Assembly (NCBI RefSeq): GCF_021028975.2
Contig: NC_059430.1
Span: forward strand, 95,108,001-95,172,000
Direction: 5' to 3'
Source of the DNA: Sphaerodactylus townsendi
Taxonomy: Eukaryota
DNA: 64,000 bases
How positions within the stretch are numbered: the stretch's first letter is position 1; the number at the start of each line of letters is the position of its first letter. The notes under the pieces are model-generated. The model did not search any database. It was given only the letters and a program-made list of their open reading frames with translations, and was not told the origin of the DNA. Below are positions 40,380 through 53,840 of this stretch, one piece after another. Position numbers and translations under genes: made by a program.

Positions 40380-40900
40380 TGTTTTTCAACAACTAAATTC
40401 TATTCTGTCCTTCCCCATAATTCAGGGCAGTTTACAAATAAAACGAACGTGTATGGTACACTAAAAGTTGTATTCCAAGTATTCCACTGACCAGCAGAGA
40501 TTACTTGAAAAATACTGCACTCAGAGAATGGTTAAAATTCAAGCTTTCCACAAAAGGCCTTCTGAAACAACACTAGTTTTTACATGTTTTTTGAAAGGCT
40601 GGAAGACTTTTGCAGACAAGATCGAGAGGAAAGAAGGTACTTTTTCAGAGCTGCTCCATCCTGTTTTCCTATCTAAAACGTTAGGTTGAAAGAGCTCCTG
40701 ACTCTGCATTGGATCAGCTAATAACTTCTCAATCTCCTTTAGCGTCAGCAAGTGAATCTTATTCTGAACTTCTGCTTTCCCATCCAACATCACCTTCTCC
40801 TTGTTAGGATTCAGTTTCAGCTCCACATTCATACAACTCTGCAGGAAAATGATTGAGCATTGTACCATTTGGGCTGGCTCTAGATTCCCTTCAAATGTAT
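40380..40900 (-). mobile_element. Probable decayed L2-like LINE 3' end
   Basis: Minus-strand peptide FKKHVKT..., L2-like tail sequence. Confidence 0.45.
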
Positions 40901-41735
40901 GTTGGCTTTTACATACAGCTTTAACAAAAATGTCAGCCTAAAAAGAATCCTTGGAACTGTACGGTGGGCTAGTGTAGGAATTAGCTCTCTTCACAGAGCC
41001 ATAATTCCCAGGACAACCCAGAAACAGGAAACAACTATTAAAACAACTAGTAAAAATCAAATTCTTCTGAAGCGGAGTGTCCTGATTTTATACATAACGC
41101 ATAAATATTGTGTTTCTGTTGTGTTCAGCACAAAGTATTTAAAGTTGCTAGCAAACAGGCCACTGCTAAATGGTACATGTATGAGTGATTAAAGTTTTTT
41201 TGTTTTAGACACAGTTATTTACATTTTTTATCAGAACCAAATGTTCAGGCTAGACTCCTTCCCTCCTGGCCACCTCCAACCCATTCATTTGGGAAGGTCT
41301 ACAGTACGAAAGAACTTGTTCCTTCTGAAAACAGATCCATGGTTGTGGAGAAAGGAAGTAACATGTTTTTGTCCCCGCCCACGCCCACCCCTGGTCCCTT
41401 CAACCCCACAGAAGTCAAGATCAGGAAGAGAAACCAAGGAGCAAGACCAAGGTCACCTGGACTTTACCATAGAGATGGAGTAATTCCAAAACCATCACTT
41501 CAGAAGTGACACCGCACCTACCCCCCCAAACTCCACTATCCCTAGGTACTCAGAATCTCCCAACATTTTTCTAGGCAGCCCTGGGAACCACACAACAGCC
41601 TTTCCCTCTACCAACTCTTAACAGTTGATGGACTTTTCAGCAGCAGAAAATTAAGAACACCTGGGGAAGGGATTGGATGATTAACATTTATAATATCTTG
41701 CCAGTTTTAACAGGCCCATAATAGGATGGTTTTTA

Positions 41736-41879
<144 letters not shown>

Positions 41880-42387
41880 TCAGAAAAGTGAATACCCAAG
41901 TACAGGCATAATATAAGATCAGCTTTATGTAATGGAGGAAGTTGCTGGATCTCATGTTTCTTTTCTGGAGGAAGTTGCTGGTTCTTATGTATACATATAC
42001 ATACATGTATACATATACATACATGAAACTTTAAGCTTTCATTCACATCAGTGTGGTTGAGCAAAATTCCACTCTATAACAGGGGTGACAAGAAATAACA
42101 ATACTGCAAGTGGATTGTACAACCTGTATAAGACATGCCTGCTTATTTCACATAATTATTTTGATTCCACCAAGCATAGGGAGGCAAAGAGTCATGCCAA
42201 GTACTGAAGCCTCTGATGGCTTCCATACAGTGACAATTTCCCATTTGCTGCTGCTGTGAATGCAGAGGCATTCTCTGTGGTACCACTCTATGGCCAAACT
42301 GCTGACAAAGCACTTTTGGGCTTTTAAAAAAAAAATTGGTAGTGGGCAAATTGTTGTCTCTGACCTGGATCTTACCTCATCACAGAA

Positions 42388-42620
42388 GTGGCGTAGTGGT
42401 TAAGAGCAGGAGCAGCAGTGGCGTAGTGGTTAAGAGCAGGTGTACTCTAATCTGGAGGAACTGCGTTTGATTCCCTGCTCTGCCACCTGAGCTGTGGAGG
42501 CTTGTCTGGAGAATTCAGATTAGCCTGTGCGCTCCAACACACGCCAGCTAGGTGACCTTGGGCTAGTCACAGTTCTTCAAGGGGGGATATAAATCCTCCT
42601 CCTCCTCTTCTTCTTCTTCT
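42388..42620 (+). mobile_element. tRNA-derived SINE with duplicated head and internal deletion
   Basis: GTGGCGTAGTGGTTAAGAGCAGG occurs twice. (CTT)n tail. Confidence 0.85.
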
Positions 42621-44190
42621 TAAGCTAAGAAGGGTCAGCCCTGATTCGTACTTGGATGGCTGACCACCAAGGAAGTTTAGGGTTGCAATGCAGAGGCAGG
42701 TGATTTCAAAACACCTCTGCCAGTCTCTTGCCTAGAGAGCTGGCATAAGTCAGCTGTGACTTGACAGAATGTTCTACTACCACCATGTTGCCATACGTTT
42801 AGGATGCTGCAGTGATAAACCTACTAGATACAGAAAAGGCCAAAAATAAAGCCTGGTGGTGCTGGGAAAATGGCAGGCACAAGGGGATACACATGGGGAG
42901 GTTTCAAAACTTGCATCTTCCAACCCACACTGGGGGAAAAAACTGCTTTGCTTCCAATTTTTCCAGAAAGATCAGAGCAAAGCAGGACTGGGAAATATTG
43001 GGGCTAACCATGGAGGGAGAAGAACTGGAGGATATTGTTTCATAAATGTGTGAAATAACCTTGCTTCACTGTAAGAGCAAGTTTTTCTTGTGCAAGCGCC
43101 TTCCATCCATGAAAGCCTCCTGAGCTTCCTTTCTGGCACCAAAGATACCACTAGCCATTCCAAACCTGCTTTCAAGACTACCTTTGCAATTGTAAAGGGC
43201 AGATACTTGCTTTTTTAAAAACAAGAGCCACTGAATGCTGTTTCAGGTATCAAAGGTTTTGCTAATTTTATTTAAACCCTGCTTTTCTTCCCAACAGGGA
43301 TCCAAAGTGGCTTACATTGTTCTCCTCTCCGCTATTTTATCCTCTCAACAACTCTGTGAGGTGGGTTAGGCTGAGCAGGAATTCAAACCTATCTTCAAAT
43401 CAGCACATACACAGACAGAAATTACTATATATAAACTACCCCCTCCCCTAGACACTTTGGGAATTTCTATCTATTTGGGTGACTTCCCAGTTATGCAGCA
43501 AAGTATAGATTCTGTTAGGGATTGGGGGAACAAGTTGAACAGGGCTTAAAATACTCTAGAAGAGGCTGAAGACTGAGTGACTTTGTGTAAAGGTAACAGA
43601 ATGGGAAGAGAAATCAAGACCTTGAGTCCTTACAAAAGCCTCAAAGGGCAGATTTTCTCATGGGAGAGAGAGATTTTCAGATTTTCAAACTGTCTCTCTT
43701 GCAGTTCTTCATAGGCCCCCAGTGCATAATAACTGAACAATTCAAGTGATATTCAAAAGCATGTGTTTTTTCTTAAAAAATAAAAAAGCTGATGAACAGA
43801 GACTTAACGCAGGGAATGTAGCATGAATTGAAATGTTTGGCTTTGGCATTTACGTATCCATCACATTTTTTCCTGAGAAACCAACTCCAACCAACTCATG
43901 ATTTTACTGATGGCTGCAATTTATATGGATGATTTTATTGCTCAGACTCCATGTGATCAGTTTCTGCGGTGATAGAACTGACAACTGCTGCTGTTTACAA
44001 TTGGTTTACGTGTGTGTTATATGGATCACTGTAGGACATGCTCGTGTTCACAGTGTGGGTTATAATGTTTTACATTAAAAATATGCAACAACTTCATTCT
44101 GCTATGAATTTAGCCATCTGGAATCTTTAGGGGAGATGAATATAACCACAGGTTTAAAGCCAATGGTCATTAGCCAATATTTAAACTTAC

Positions 44191-44254
44191 CCCAAGGCAA
44201 ACATGCATATATGTAGGGCACCCTCTCCAGTAAAGTCCAAGTAAAAGGTTGCAC
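44191..44254 (-). CDS. NIPAL3: NIPAL3 coding exon 9 (64 nt, GATFYLDFTGEGALHICMFALG)
   Basis: Translation match. tcag|GT ... GG|gtaag. Confidence 0.95.
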
Positions 44255-45052
44255 CTGACCCGGAGGGAGGAGAAAAGATGAAAAAGAATATTTAATAGAC
44301 AAGCACTACTAAAATGCATAGGTGACTATGGCCCTTTCCTCCTCTAATTCCCCACGCTTCTCTCCGTGCACGAAAGGATGGTCTTGTGCAATTTCCCTGT
44401 TGCTGTTCTACCTGCCAAATCAGTACAGTGGTGATGGGGCTTCTACATAGCAGGTGTCCCTATACTTTCAATTTATTTATACCTTTTTCCCCAAATGGGG
44501 GCTCACAGTGATTTACAAGTTCTACCCTTCTCCATTTTAGCTTGCCAACCAACAGCCTTATGAGGTAACTTATGCGGAGAGGGAGTGACTGGCCCAAGCT
44601 CACCCAGCAAGCTTCCACGGCATAGTGGGGATTTTAACCTGGTTCTCTTGCAGAACATGCTCCACCACTCTGACCCCATGCTCTGGTGAACTGCTCTGTT
44701 AATAATTTGCTCACAGAAGAAGGGAATCTCATTCTCCCCATCCTGCACTTCTCCTGTTGGCCCATTTGCCATTCCTCCCCACATTCTGGCTCTGCTTCCT
44801 TTCCTCACAGTCCTCCCCAATTTTCCAGCTTGTCTTGACTACCCACTGCTCCTTCTCTTTTCCAAAACGGAATACATGATGACTGAAATCTTATGAGACA
44901 TTCTCATGAGATACTGGCAAACATTTTAAGTTGTCTAGGCAACCTTAAATGGCTGCCAAGATCTCACAAGGTAATTGCATGAGATATCAACACTTATTAT
45001 TTTTTTTGTTTTACTGTATTCCCCTTCTTAAAAAGCTTTTAGAGATTTATTA

Positions 45053-45229
<177 letters not shown>

Positions 45230-46412
45230 TTAACAACATTTACTGGCAAATTTGAAGACATGAAGCTGCCCTGTCCTGAATCACATCAGTGATCTTTCAG
45301 TTTTGTCTACTCAGCCTGGCAATACCTAAACAGATTCTCAAGTGGAGGTGTTTCACATCAGCTGCCACTTGGTCCCTTTAGCTGTGACTGAGCCTTCTGC
45401 ATGCAAGCCAGAAGTTCTACCACTTAACCACAGCTTTGTACAGACACGTGGGAGAGATATTTTGTTCCTCCATCCTGCCACCATATTTCTGGATAAGTCA
45501 TTTAGTTGCAGGGTCCTGATTTTTCATTTGTGACATCAAAGAAAGAAGAACATCTCTAGAAGGAAGAGAGTCTTTCAACTCCATCTTACTAATACGGGCT
45601 CATTATTTAGTTTCACTCACAAGACAGGCCATGCAATGGGTGCTTTCCCATTAGCAGAGAGGTCATTTCCCAGGTCCTGTTTACTTCAGCGGGGGCTCAG
45701 CAAAACAACTTTTTAGTGGATTGCACTCTACAGACAAGATCCATCTGACTTCCTCAAGAGCATCCATAATCTGGTTCGGACTTCAGCTCATGCCAAACCG
45801 CTGCGCTGCAAACATGGACCACTGTAGAACCACAGTTTCTTTTAGACTCCAGGCCAAAGGATTTTTCTTTAAGTAGGCTCTTATCAAAGGGGTTCCATCT
45901 TTTTGAGCTGTTTTACGGTCTACTCTTAGCCTGATAAAAGTTTTATAAATATTATTTTAGTCAGCTCTGTTTTTTGTTTTATGAGTGTTTCTGCCCTGGT
46001 TTGCTTATATTTGTTTTTAAAGGCATGAATTGCTCCTGTTTTAAACTACTGTGAGTCACCTCAAGTAGTGAGGTACCAATGGAGCCAGAGCACCAAACTA
46101 GATGGACTTCACATCCTAACCAGCAGGGTAATCCCCTTCTGTGTTTCAGCACTGTACTGTCAGCAGAAGTAGCTATCACTCAAAAAAAGCCTAAAATGGC
46201 ATGAAGCAGGGAAAAATTTAATAGCTCCTAAAATGTCTCCCCTTCTGCCAGAGCCAGCAATAACAACACAATCATCTCCTCTTTTCCCCCCAGGGATGAT
46301 TTTAGTTAGTTTGTTTAATGTATAATGTATAACTATATTTACATTGACATTCAATTGTAGGCTACTGCATTTTTTTTTTAATGAAGCGGGGGAGCCAGTA
46401 CTAAATCACTCA

Positions 46413-46559
<147 letters not shown>

Positions 46560-46803
46560 TTAATAGACAAAGCTGATGCTACAGACAAACAAAACGGATT
46601 CCCCATAAACATACAAAGCTGCCATATTCTGAGCCAGGTCCTTGGTCTATCAAGGCTGCTCTGATTTTTGCTACTGACAAGAAGCAGGTAGGCACTTGGA
46701 AACCCAGCGGTGTGCATTATGGAACCAATAGGTGCCAAATAGTAGACCAGCCTTCTGATGAATTAAAAGGTTAGAAAATCTGCGTAGCATCTACAGCAAA
46801 CTA

Positions 46804-46920
<117 letters not shown>

Positions 46921-48025
46921 CTAGAAAAAAGGTGAGAGTAATAATAAGGCAGGGCTACTATAGCTAAATTAAAACTGTTTTGCAGGTAACCGTGCTTGGT
47001 TTCCAGAAGATGGGCTTAGATCCTCAGCAATCTCCACACCGGAACTTTTCCTTAAAAACTTACAACATGACAAAAATATCCCAGTATTTATACATGTGAC
47101 TAAAAGAAACAAGACTTTCAACTCCCAGCATTAACACCACCACCAGTAGGAATGTGCCTATTTCCCAAGGGAACTCATTCCCAGTACTAATAACACAAGA
47201 GTCACCAAGCTAGACTGCATCCAAAAATGCATTTTTTCAAGAGGGCCTGGCCAGAGATACTTGGGTAAGTACCCAAGCAATGTATGAAAGCAAATGATGA
47301 TTACTTGTTCCCAGGGTTGGCATCGGTGGTTCACAGCATCAACCCAAAACTGATAGGGCTGCTTGAAGGTTGCTCGTCCATGGTCAGAAACATGGGATTG
47401 CCCACTTCCTTTGCCCTCCTGACTCATGAATTAATTGTTTTTTCACATTGCGCCTCAAAGAAAAGGTCAGGACCAGCCTACCATGCAACAAACCAGAATG
47501 GCAGCTATGTTTCAGAACCATCCATTAAGCTGCATGAAATTTAGGAATTGCAAGCGAAACATCTCAGCAACACTGCAAGAGATCTTGGGAGCGCAGATTG
47601 TGAAAGGTGCAGCAAAATGACCTGGGCTTCCTTAAGATGATACCAAGCTCAAGAAACGGGTAGGCTCAATCATATAACATAGGACAGTGGTTTTCATACT
47701 GTGGGTCAGAGAATTCTGGTGATTTCTAATAAATTTATCCAGGTTTCCTTGCTGAAAAGATTACCAAGCTTCCCAAGCAGCCCACTGATCCACCACTGCC
47801 AATTATCCTCTGCAGCTCTGGATTTTGAGTGGTCCTGGCCAACATGCCTTTCGGTTCCACTCTCCTTTTCCCCAACCAGGCACACTATCCTCCTTGTGGC
47901 GTGCAGCTCTTTCATCCTCCTGAAGTCCTGCCAGCATCAGTGAGGACCATGGCTCATTCCCTCAAGGGCCTCTTCCCAACACAAAACAGGAGATTGCCCC
48001 CAGAGGCATCTGCAACATTTTAGAT

Positions 48026-48114
48026 CAGGGGTCTGCAACCTGCGGCTCTCCAGATGTTCATGGACTACAAATCCCAACAGCCCCTGCCAGCATGCCGCAG
48101 GTTGCAGACCGCTG
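48026..48114. mobile_element. Internally deleted palindromic hAT MITE
   Basis: Same termini. Flanks TTTTAGAT/TACTAGAT. Confidence 0.85.
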
Positions 48115-48690
48115 TACTAGATGGAAGTATATAGATCAACATGGGTGTCAACAGATGCTGCACCATGCTGACCCTTGCTGCTGGGCCCAGCACAGAGTCC
48201 AGGAGAGTATTAAGAGTGTTCTACATCACAGTTCACACAGGAAAAAAGTGAAGCCAGTGCCCCATGTAAAGGAAGGGCACATCCCAGAAGACACCCAGAA
48301 TACTCTGCAGTAAGCACTCAGGGATTCTGCGGCAGACATCATGGGCAGAAAAAATGTGGAATTTCCTGATGGAAAATTGAGTGCCACTATTGCAGGAACA
48401 ATGGACACAGCAATCATAAACAGAGTTACATCCTTGGAAAGCAGTATCCACAGATCATTGGATACTGGAGTATTATTGGGCTCTTGCAATTGTTCGTAAC
48501 TGCATTTCCCAGCATGGACAAGCCAATCCAACTGCATACGAATGAAGCCAAATTGTACTGAAGAAAACAAGCAGGCTGAGAAGATGCAGCTTTGATTAGG
48601 AGACTGCTACTCAGTTATGCTCACAAGTACAAGATCATTGATTCATTTGTCCATGAGGAAGGCTCCCTCCTTGAAACAAATTATGGCCCG

Positions 48691-49034
48691 CAGTGGTGTA
48701 TTTGCCTAGGGACAGGGATACCCTCTGTCCCCGGGCGCCACTGATCTGGTCACATGGGGGCACAAGACGGCAAGGCAGCAGGAAGTCCTCTAGGGTGGAC
48801 AGAAGCAACTGGAAGGCTCTGTGCTGGGGTGTTTGCTTTTATAAGTTGGGAGTGTGTGGCCCTGTCCCCAAGCTTATAAAAGCAAAGGCCCTAGAGGGGA
48901 AGGCAGAAGGGACTGCTGGCTTGGAGCCGGCAGCCGGAAGGGGGGTGGGTTCAGGGGTGGGTGGGCCCCGCCCCAGGCATAAAGGGGGGGGGGACATCTG
49001 TTCTCCGGGCACCATTTTCCCCGATACACCTCTG
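48691..49034. mobile_element. Non-autonomous hAT element
   Basis: TIR CAGTGGTGTAT / ATACACCTCTG. TSD ATGGCCCG/ATGGCTCG. Confidence 0.87.
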
Positions 49035-49102
49035 ATGGCTCGCAACTGTGAGAATAAAGTACACCCTAACCATCAAGGCACCCTAAAAAGATATTTTTTT
49101 CA

Positions 49103-49351
<249 letters not shown>

Positions 49352-50049
49352 TTAATCAGGAGGCACAGACCACACAAGAATGATTAAAAAGCAAGGCAAG
49401 GGGAATCCGTGAACTTTGGTTAGTAAACTTCCCCCCACCCCAACCCGCCTGCTCCTTTTCCACCACCGGCTCTTCTCCTGATGGCCAACCCAACAAGATG
49501 GCAGCAGGTCCATAACTGGATCTCCTACCTTTTATTAAAAAAGAAATGGCACTAGTTGTCACTATCTTTCCCTATTTGGATAAATACTTTAATGTCCTGG
49601 ATGGACTTAGCCCTCTTCGCTGTGATATTTTCCCCATGGAAACCATTCCCGCATCCTCTTAGAGGAAAGCCATACAAGGTTACATATAGTAAACACCATT
49701 TACTCCAGCATGGACTCTGTATCCCTGAGAATCTCAGTCATTAAAATCTGTGAAAGCAAGAAGTTTCAAGATCACCGTGGTGATAAACAAAAGTCTTAAT
49801 TGTTCTCCATTATCCTTGGATTGGATGCCACATTTCTTGTTCACAAATGTAACTATGAGCTACATGAAGGTTTCCCCAGTGGGGCAGATGGCACTCCTGT
49901 GGGTCAGGAAAATGAGGTTGGGAAGTGCAGCAGGGAGCAGACATAAAACCCACTCCCCCATCTGTATCAGGTCTTGGGTGCCTGGAAACTGCACTCCCAA
50001 CAAGGAACTCATATGTGTGTGTCCAACAGTCTTTAAGGCAGGACTAGGC

Positions 50050-50142
50050 CAGGGGTCTGCAACCTGCGGCTCTCCAGATGTTCACGGACTACAATTCCCA
50101 TCAGTCCATGAACATCTGGAGAGCCGCAGGTTGCAGACCCTG
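50050..50142. mobile_element. Internally deleted palindromic hAT MITE
   Basis: CAGGGGTCTGCAACCTGCGGCTCTCCAGATG termini. Flanks GACTAGGC/GCCTAGAC match 6/8. Confidence 0.88.
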
Positions 50143-50205
50143 GCCTAGACCAATTGTCCAGGCCTCGACCAACTGTATTGTCCAGTGAAACTAATTTATA
50201 CAATA

Positions 50206-51211
50206 CTAGCGGGGCCCGGCCATGCGTTGCTGTGGCAATTGTTCTTCTCATCACAGTCTGCAACCCACACAGATGTCCATGCAGGTCCAATGATCCCCAG
50301 CATAGCCTTTTGGGGTGGTCAAATGGAATCCCTCTTTCCCTTTTCAATTCACATTGTTATATGGTGGTGTCTTGTTTTTTTAGTATAAGGTAACCCTTTC
50401 CATTCCACAACGGAACTGTTCAGAGTGCGAATCCCGCTGTCCATGAGGCTGGTTGACACGCACAGTTCTGGCTAGGGTAAGGCAGAACTGGGGCAAGGAG
50501 GCTATCCCAGTCAGGCATCAGAGGCAGGGTGGTGAGGCGCTCTGATTGAGGCCAGCTCCCTGGGTTCTTAAAGGGCCATGTGCAAAAGAAGCAGAGCCGG
50601 TAGTGTTGGTTCGCCCCCACCACACAGATTTTCTTAGAAGAAAAAGGCAAACTCCAGCTCGCTTTTAGTAAAAGAGAGCTGTGGCGAATATGGGTGAGGA
50701 AGTGGGTAAGTGGTGGTTGGATGTGAGGGAGGGCAGAGTGAGGTGTGTGAGGATGAGCTGGATGTGTATTGTGTGGTAGCAGTGGGTGAGGCACAGAGAG
50801 TGAAAGTTATCTGTGTGTGGGCAGGGCCCCCACCTGACGTCTCACACGGCAAAGTGTGTACGTGTTTCACTTCCACTCGTATTACCCAGCAATATTACCT
50901 ATTTACTGTTTGCAATACTCATCTCTGGCCATCTGCGTGAACACTGTAAGAGCATACCAAGCCCTCAGGCCACAGACATGCTACACGAACATTCTAAGGG
51001 TGACAGCTAAACACAGCCAGCTTCATGGCCTGATGCACCAGGAAAAAGATGGTTTACCTGGCTCAGGTACGGACTTTTGGCAATTTCAAGGTCCAATTAC
51101 CTGCCTGCAACAGGGAGGAACGTCATGTGAAAATTTGGGGGCGATCCATCCAGCCATTTCGGCATTAGGGTGTGACTAACAAAGTCACTGTTAGCTTTTT
51201 ATATATATAGA
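50206..51211 (-). mobile_element. Non-autonomous Helitron (~1.0 kb)
   Basis: Minus strand begins A|TCTATATATATAAAAAG and ends with a GC hairpin (GCCACAGCAACGCATGGC) followed by CGGGCCCCG-CTAG|T. AT target, no TSD. Confidence 0.8.
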
Positions 51212-51247
51212 TATATATCTCTTCAACCTCTGTCAGTTCTTGATCAT

Positions 51248-51324
51248 CAACTGGCCATGCTGGCAGGGGCTGATGGGAATTGTAGTCCATGAACATCTGG
51301 AGTGCCATAGGTTTGCCACCACTG
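51248..51324. mobile_element. Half copy of the palindromic hAT MITE
   Basis: Right arm only: GGCCATGCTGGCAGGGGCTGATGGGAATTGTAGTCC...CCACCACTG. Confidence 0.8.
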
Positions 51325-51877
51325 CCCTATGGCAACTTGGTAACAGGAGTGCATCTTGGGCATAAAGTTTCTTTTCTAGGTGAGGTAGGGCAGTGGGGGA
51401 AGGGTCCATGAGTTCATTGACTGTCAACTGCTTGACACAGTTTTAAGCCAGGCTTGTGAACTGCCACTCGTCTGTTCCCCTGGTATGATCAGGGATCGCC
51501 TCCCAGTGACTAGGCAAGGAAGCTTTTGTAAATAGGAAGAACATTTTATCCTTCTCCCTCTTTCAGGCCGCCAAGTGTACCAGAAACTATAACAGACAGG
51601 CAGATCCTTTTTGCGGGCTAGAAATTTTTGTAGGCTTTGCCTATCCAAAAGGTGCCTAATCTTGCAAGGTCATTCCTAACAAATCAGCAGATGAGAAACT
51701 GTGGGAAACAACCATTTGTCAGGAGAGTGGGAATTGCTGGAGCAAAATGTCATCAAGCAGTTCTTTCTACCTGACTGGTAATGAAGGAAGCAAAGAAAAT
51801 CAAAGTAAATATATAAGTCACTCTGCATACAGAAACAAACCACAACAATAACATAAAATTATGCATCTGAAACTTAC

Positions 51878-51937
51878 TCAAGAACTCCTTGAGCTTCCAC
51901 TTTTCCTTAATGAATATGATTCCTATAATTGAACTTG
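51878..51937 (-). CDS. NIPAL3: NIPAL3 coding exon 4 (60 nt, ASSIIGIIFIKEKWKLKEFL)
   Basis: Translation match, AG/GT boundaries, phase 1/1. Confidence 0.95.
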
Positions 51938-53055
51938 CTAAGGGGATAAAAAAGACAAAGTAAAGAGTTGGTAAGTGGGTGTCAAAGGACACTGGGGCTG
52001 GGTGATAGGTTTCTCCCTCTCCACCAATATTTCCATCTTCTTATTTCCCACCACCCCCCTTTCAACATGTTACAGGTCTCTTAAAGATTTTATAAAATTT
52101 AAATAACTAAAAAGCAACATTCTCTGTGGCCTGTTTAATTATGGCATGTATTCTGAATATCTAAGACTATTTTGGTGAAGTCCTTAGTTGTCTTGGGGCT
52201 TACAAGAGACAAAATAGCTAGATTTATAAAGCACCTGGACTGTTAGAAGATTCCCTCTTACTCCAACAAATAGACTGATGCTGCTTTTTTCTTTATTGCA
52301 GCCGAGGTTTTCTAAATCTTCTACACAATCTCTTTGTAATGAAACAGTTGGGACTATATTTCAAGAAGATGTTGAATAGAAGTATTTGTTGAATCGAGAT
52401 TTTGATACAGAGATTTTCAGAACTAGAGGATTGGATCCATCTCAAAAGAACTGGTTACATAGCTGTATTACTTTAACTGGATATCAAACAAGAAGGATTT
52501 GGGGGGCATCTGATGGTCTTGAGAAGGAATTCCAAGAAAGTTTATTTGTTTCTGGAATTATATCTTGGGATTTAAAAAAAATAATGCAATCTATTTCTAA
52601 CTCTTCAATCTCCACTCAGTTTCACTACTCATAACTGAATTTTCTGCATTTTAAAGCAGAAAAATATTTTAAACTACATGACCTTTCCCCTGCCCTTGGA
52701 AATGTTGAATGGAAGTAAGGCAGTCCGTTTTGAACAACCGAAGAGTTAAGCTTTTCTCTGTCCAGCATGGGTCAAAGACAAACTGGGGACATAAAAGCCT
52801 GCAACTAGCATTCTGTGGACACAGTCAGAGACATGTGTTCCTCCTGTCATATGTTAGAGTCACCTGTTAGCCCAGTGCTGATTGATTCAGATCACTCATG
52901 GGGTTTCAGCACAGCTTTCCCAATAGCTTTCCCATAGCTTTCCCAATACCCACACTCACTGCCTGTTATAGAGTTGGACATGTTACTAGTTTTCTATCAA
53001 GAAGCTGTAATAGCAGGTCTCCCACTTTCCCATTTTCCCCACCTAGATAGTTTTA

Positions 53056-53259
<204 letters not shown>

Positions 53260-53345
53260 CTAGGAAAGGAAGACAACAACGAGATGATGAAGCTGTCAGT
53301 CACAATAAGGCTGGTCTCAGAATCAGTTGTCCTTTTTATGCTCAC

Positions 53346-53414
53346 CTGGAGGTTGAGTGAAATGCTGATGAGGAGATGGCCAAAAATAGCTAGCAATGCA
53401 CCAATCAAGTTTTC
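53346..53414 (-). CDS. NIPAL3: NIPAL3 coding exon 2 (69 nt, ENLIGALLAIFGHLLISISLNLQ)
   Basis: First NIPA TM helix. cag|GAA ... CAG|gtgag. Confidence 0.96.
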
Positions 53415-53552
53415 CTGCAAGTAAAAGTAATACACAGTTATCGGTTTCCCCTTCCAGGTGTCTCTAGGGCAAATATATTTGGCATTAAGCACGTAATACC
53501 TGGAACTCAAGTGTCCACAAATTTGGTGAACATAACCTCTCCCATAACTATG

Positions 53553-53840
53553 AGAGCCAGCATGGCATAGTGGTTAAGAGCTGGTGAATTCTAATCTGAA
53601 GAACCGGGTTTAATTCCCCACTCCTTCACCTGAATGGTGGAGGCTTATCTGGTGAACCAGATGTGTTTCCGCACTCCTACATTCCTGCTGGGCTACTCAC
53701 AGTTCTTCAGAATTCTCTCAGCCTCACCTACCTCACAAGGTGTCTGTTGTGGGCAGAAGAAGGGAAAGGAGCTTGTAAGCCACCTTGAGTCTCCTTACAG
53801 AAAGAGAAAAGTGGAGTATAAATCCAAACTCTTCTTCTTT
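53553..53840 (+). mobile_element. tRNA-derived SINE (same family as 7283)
   Basis: High similarity to 7283-7591. Confidence 0.88.
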
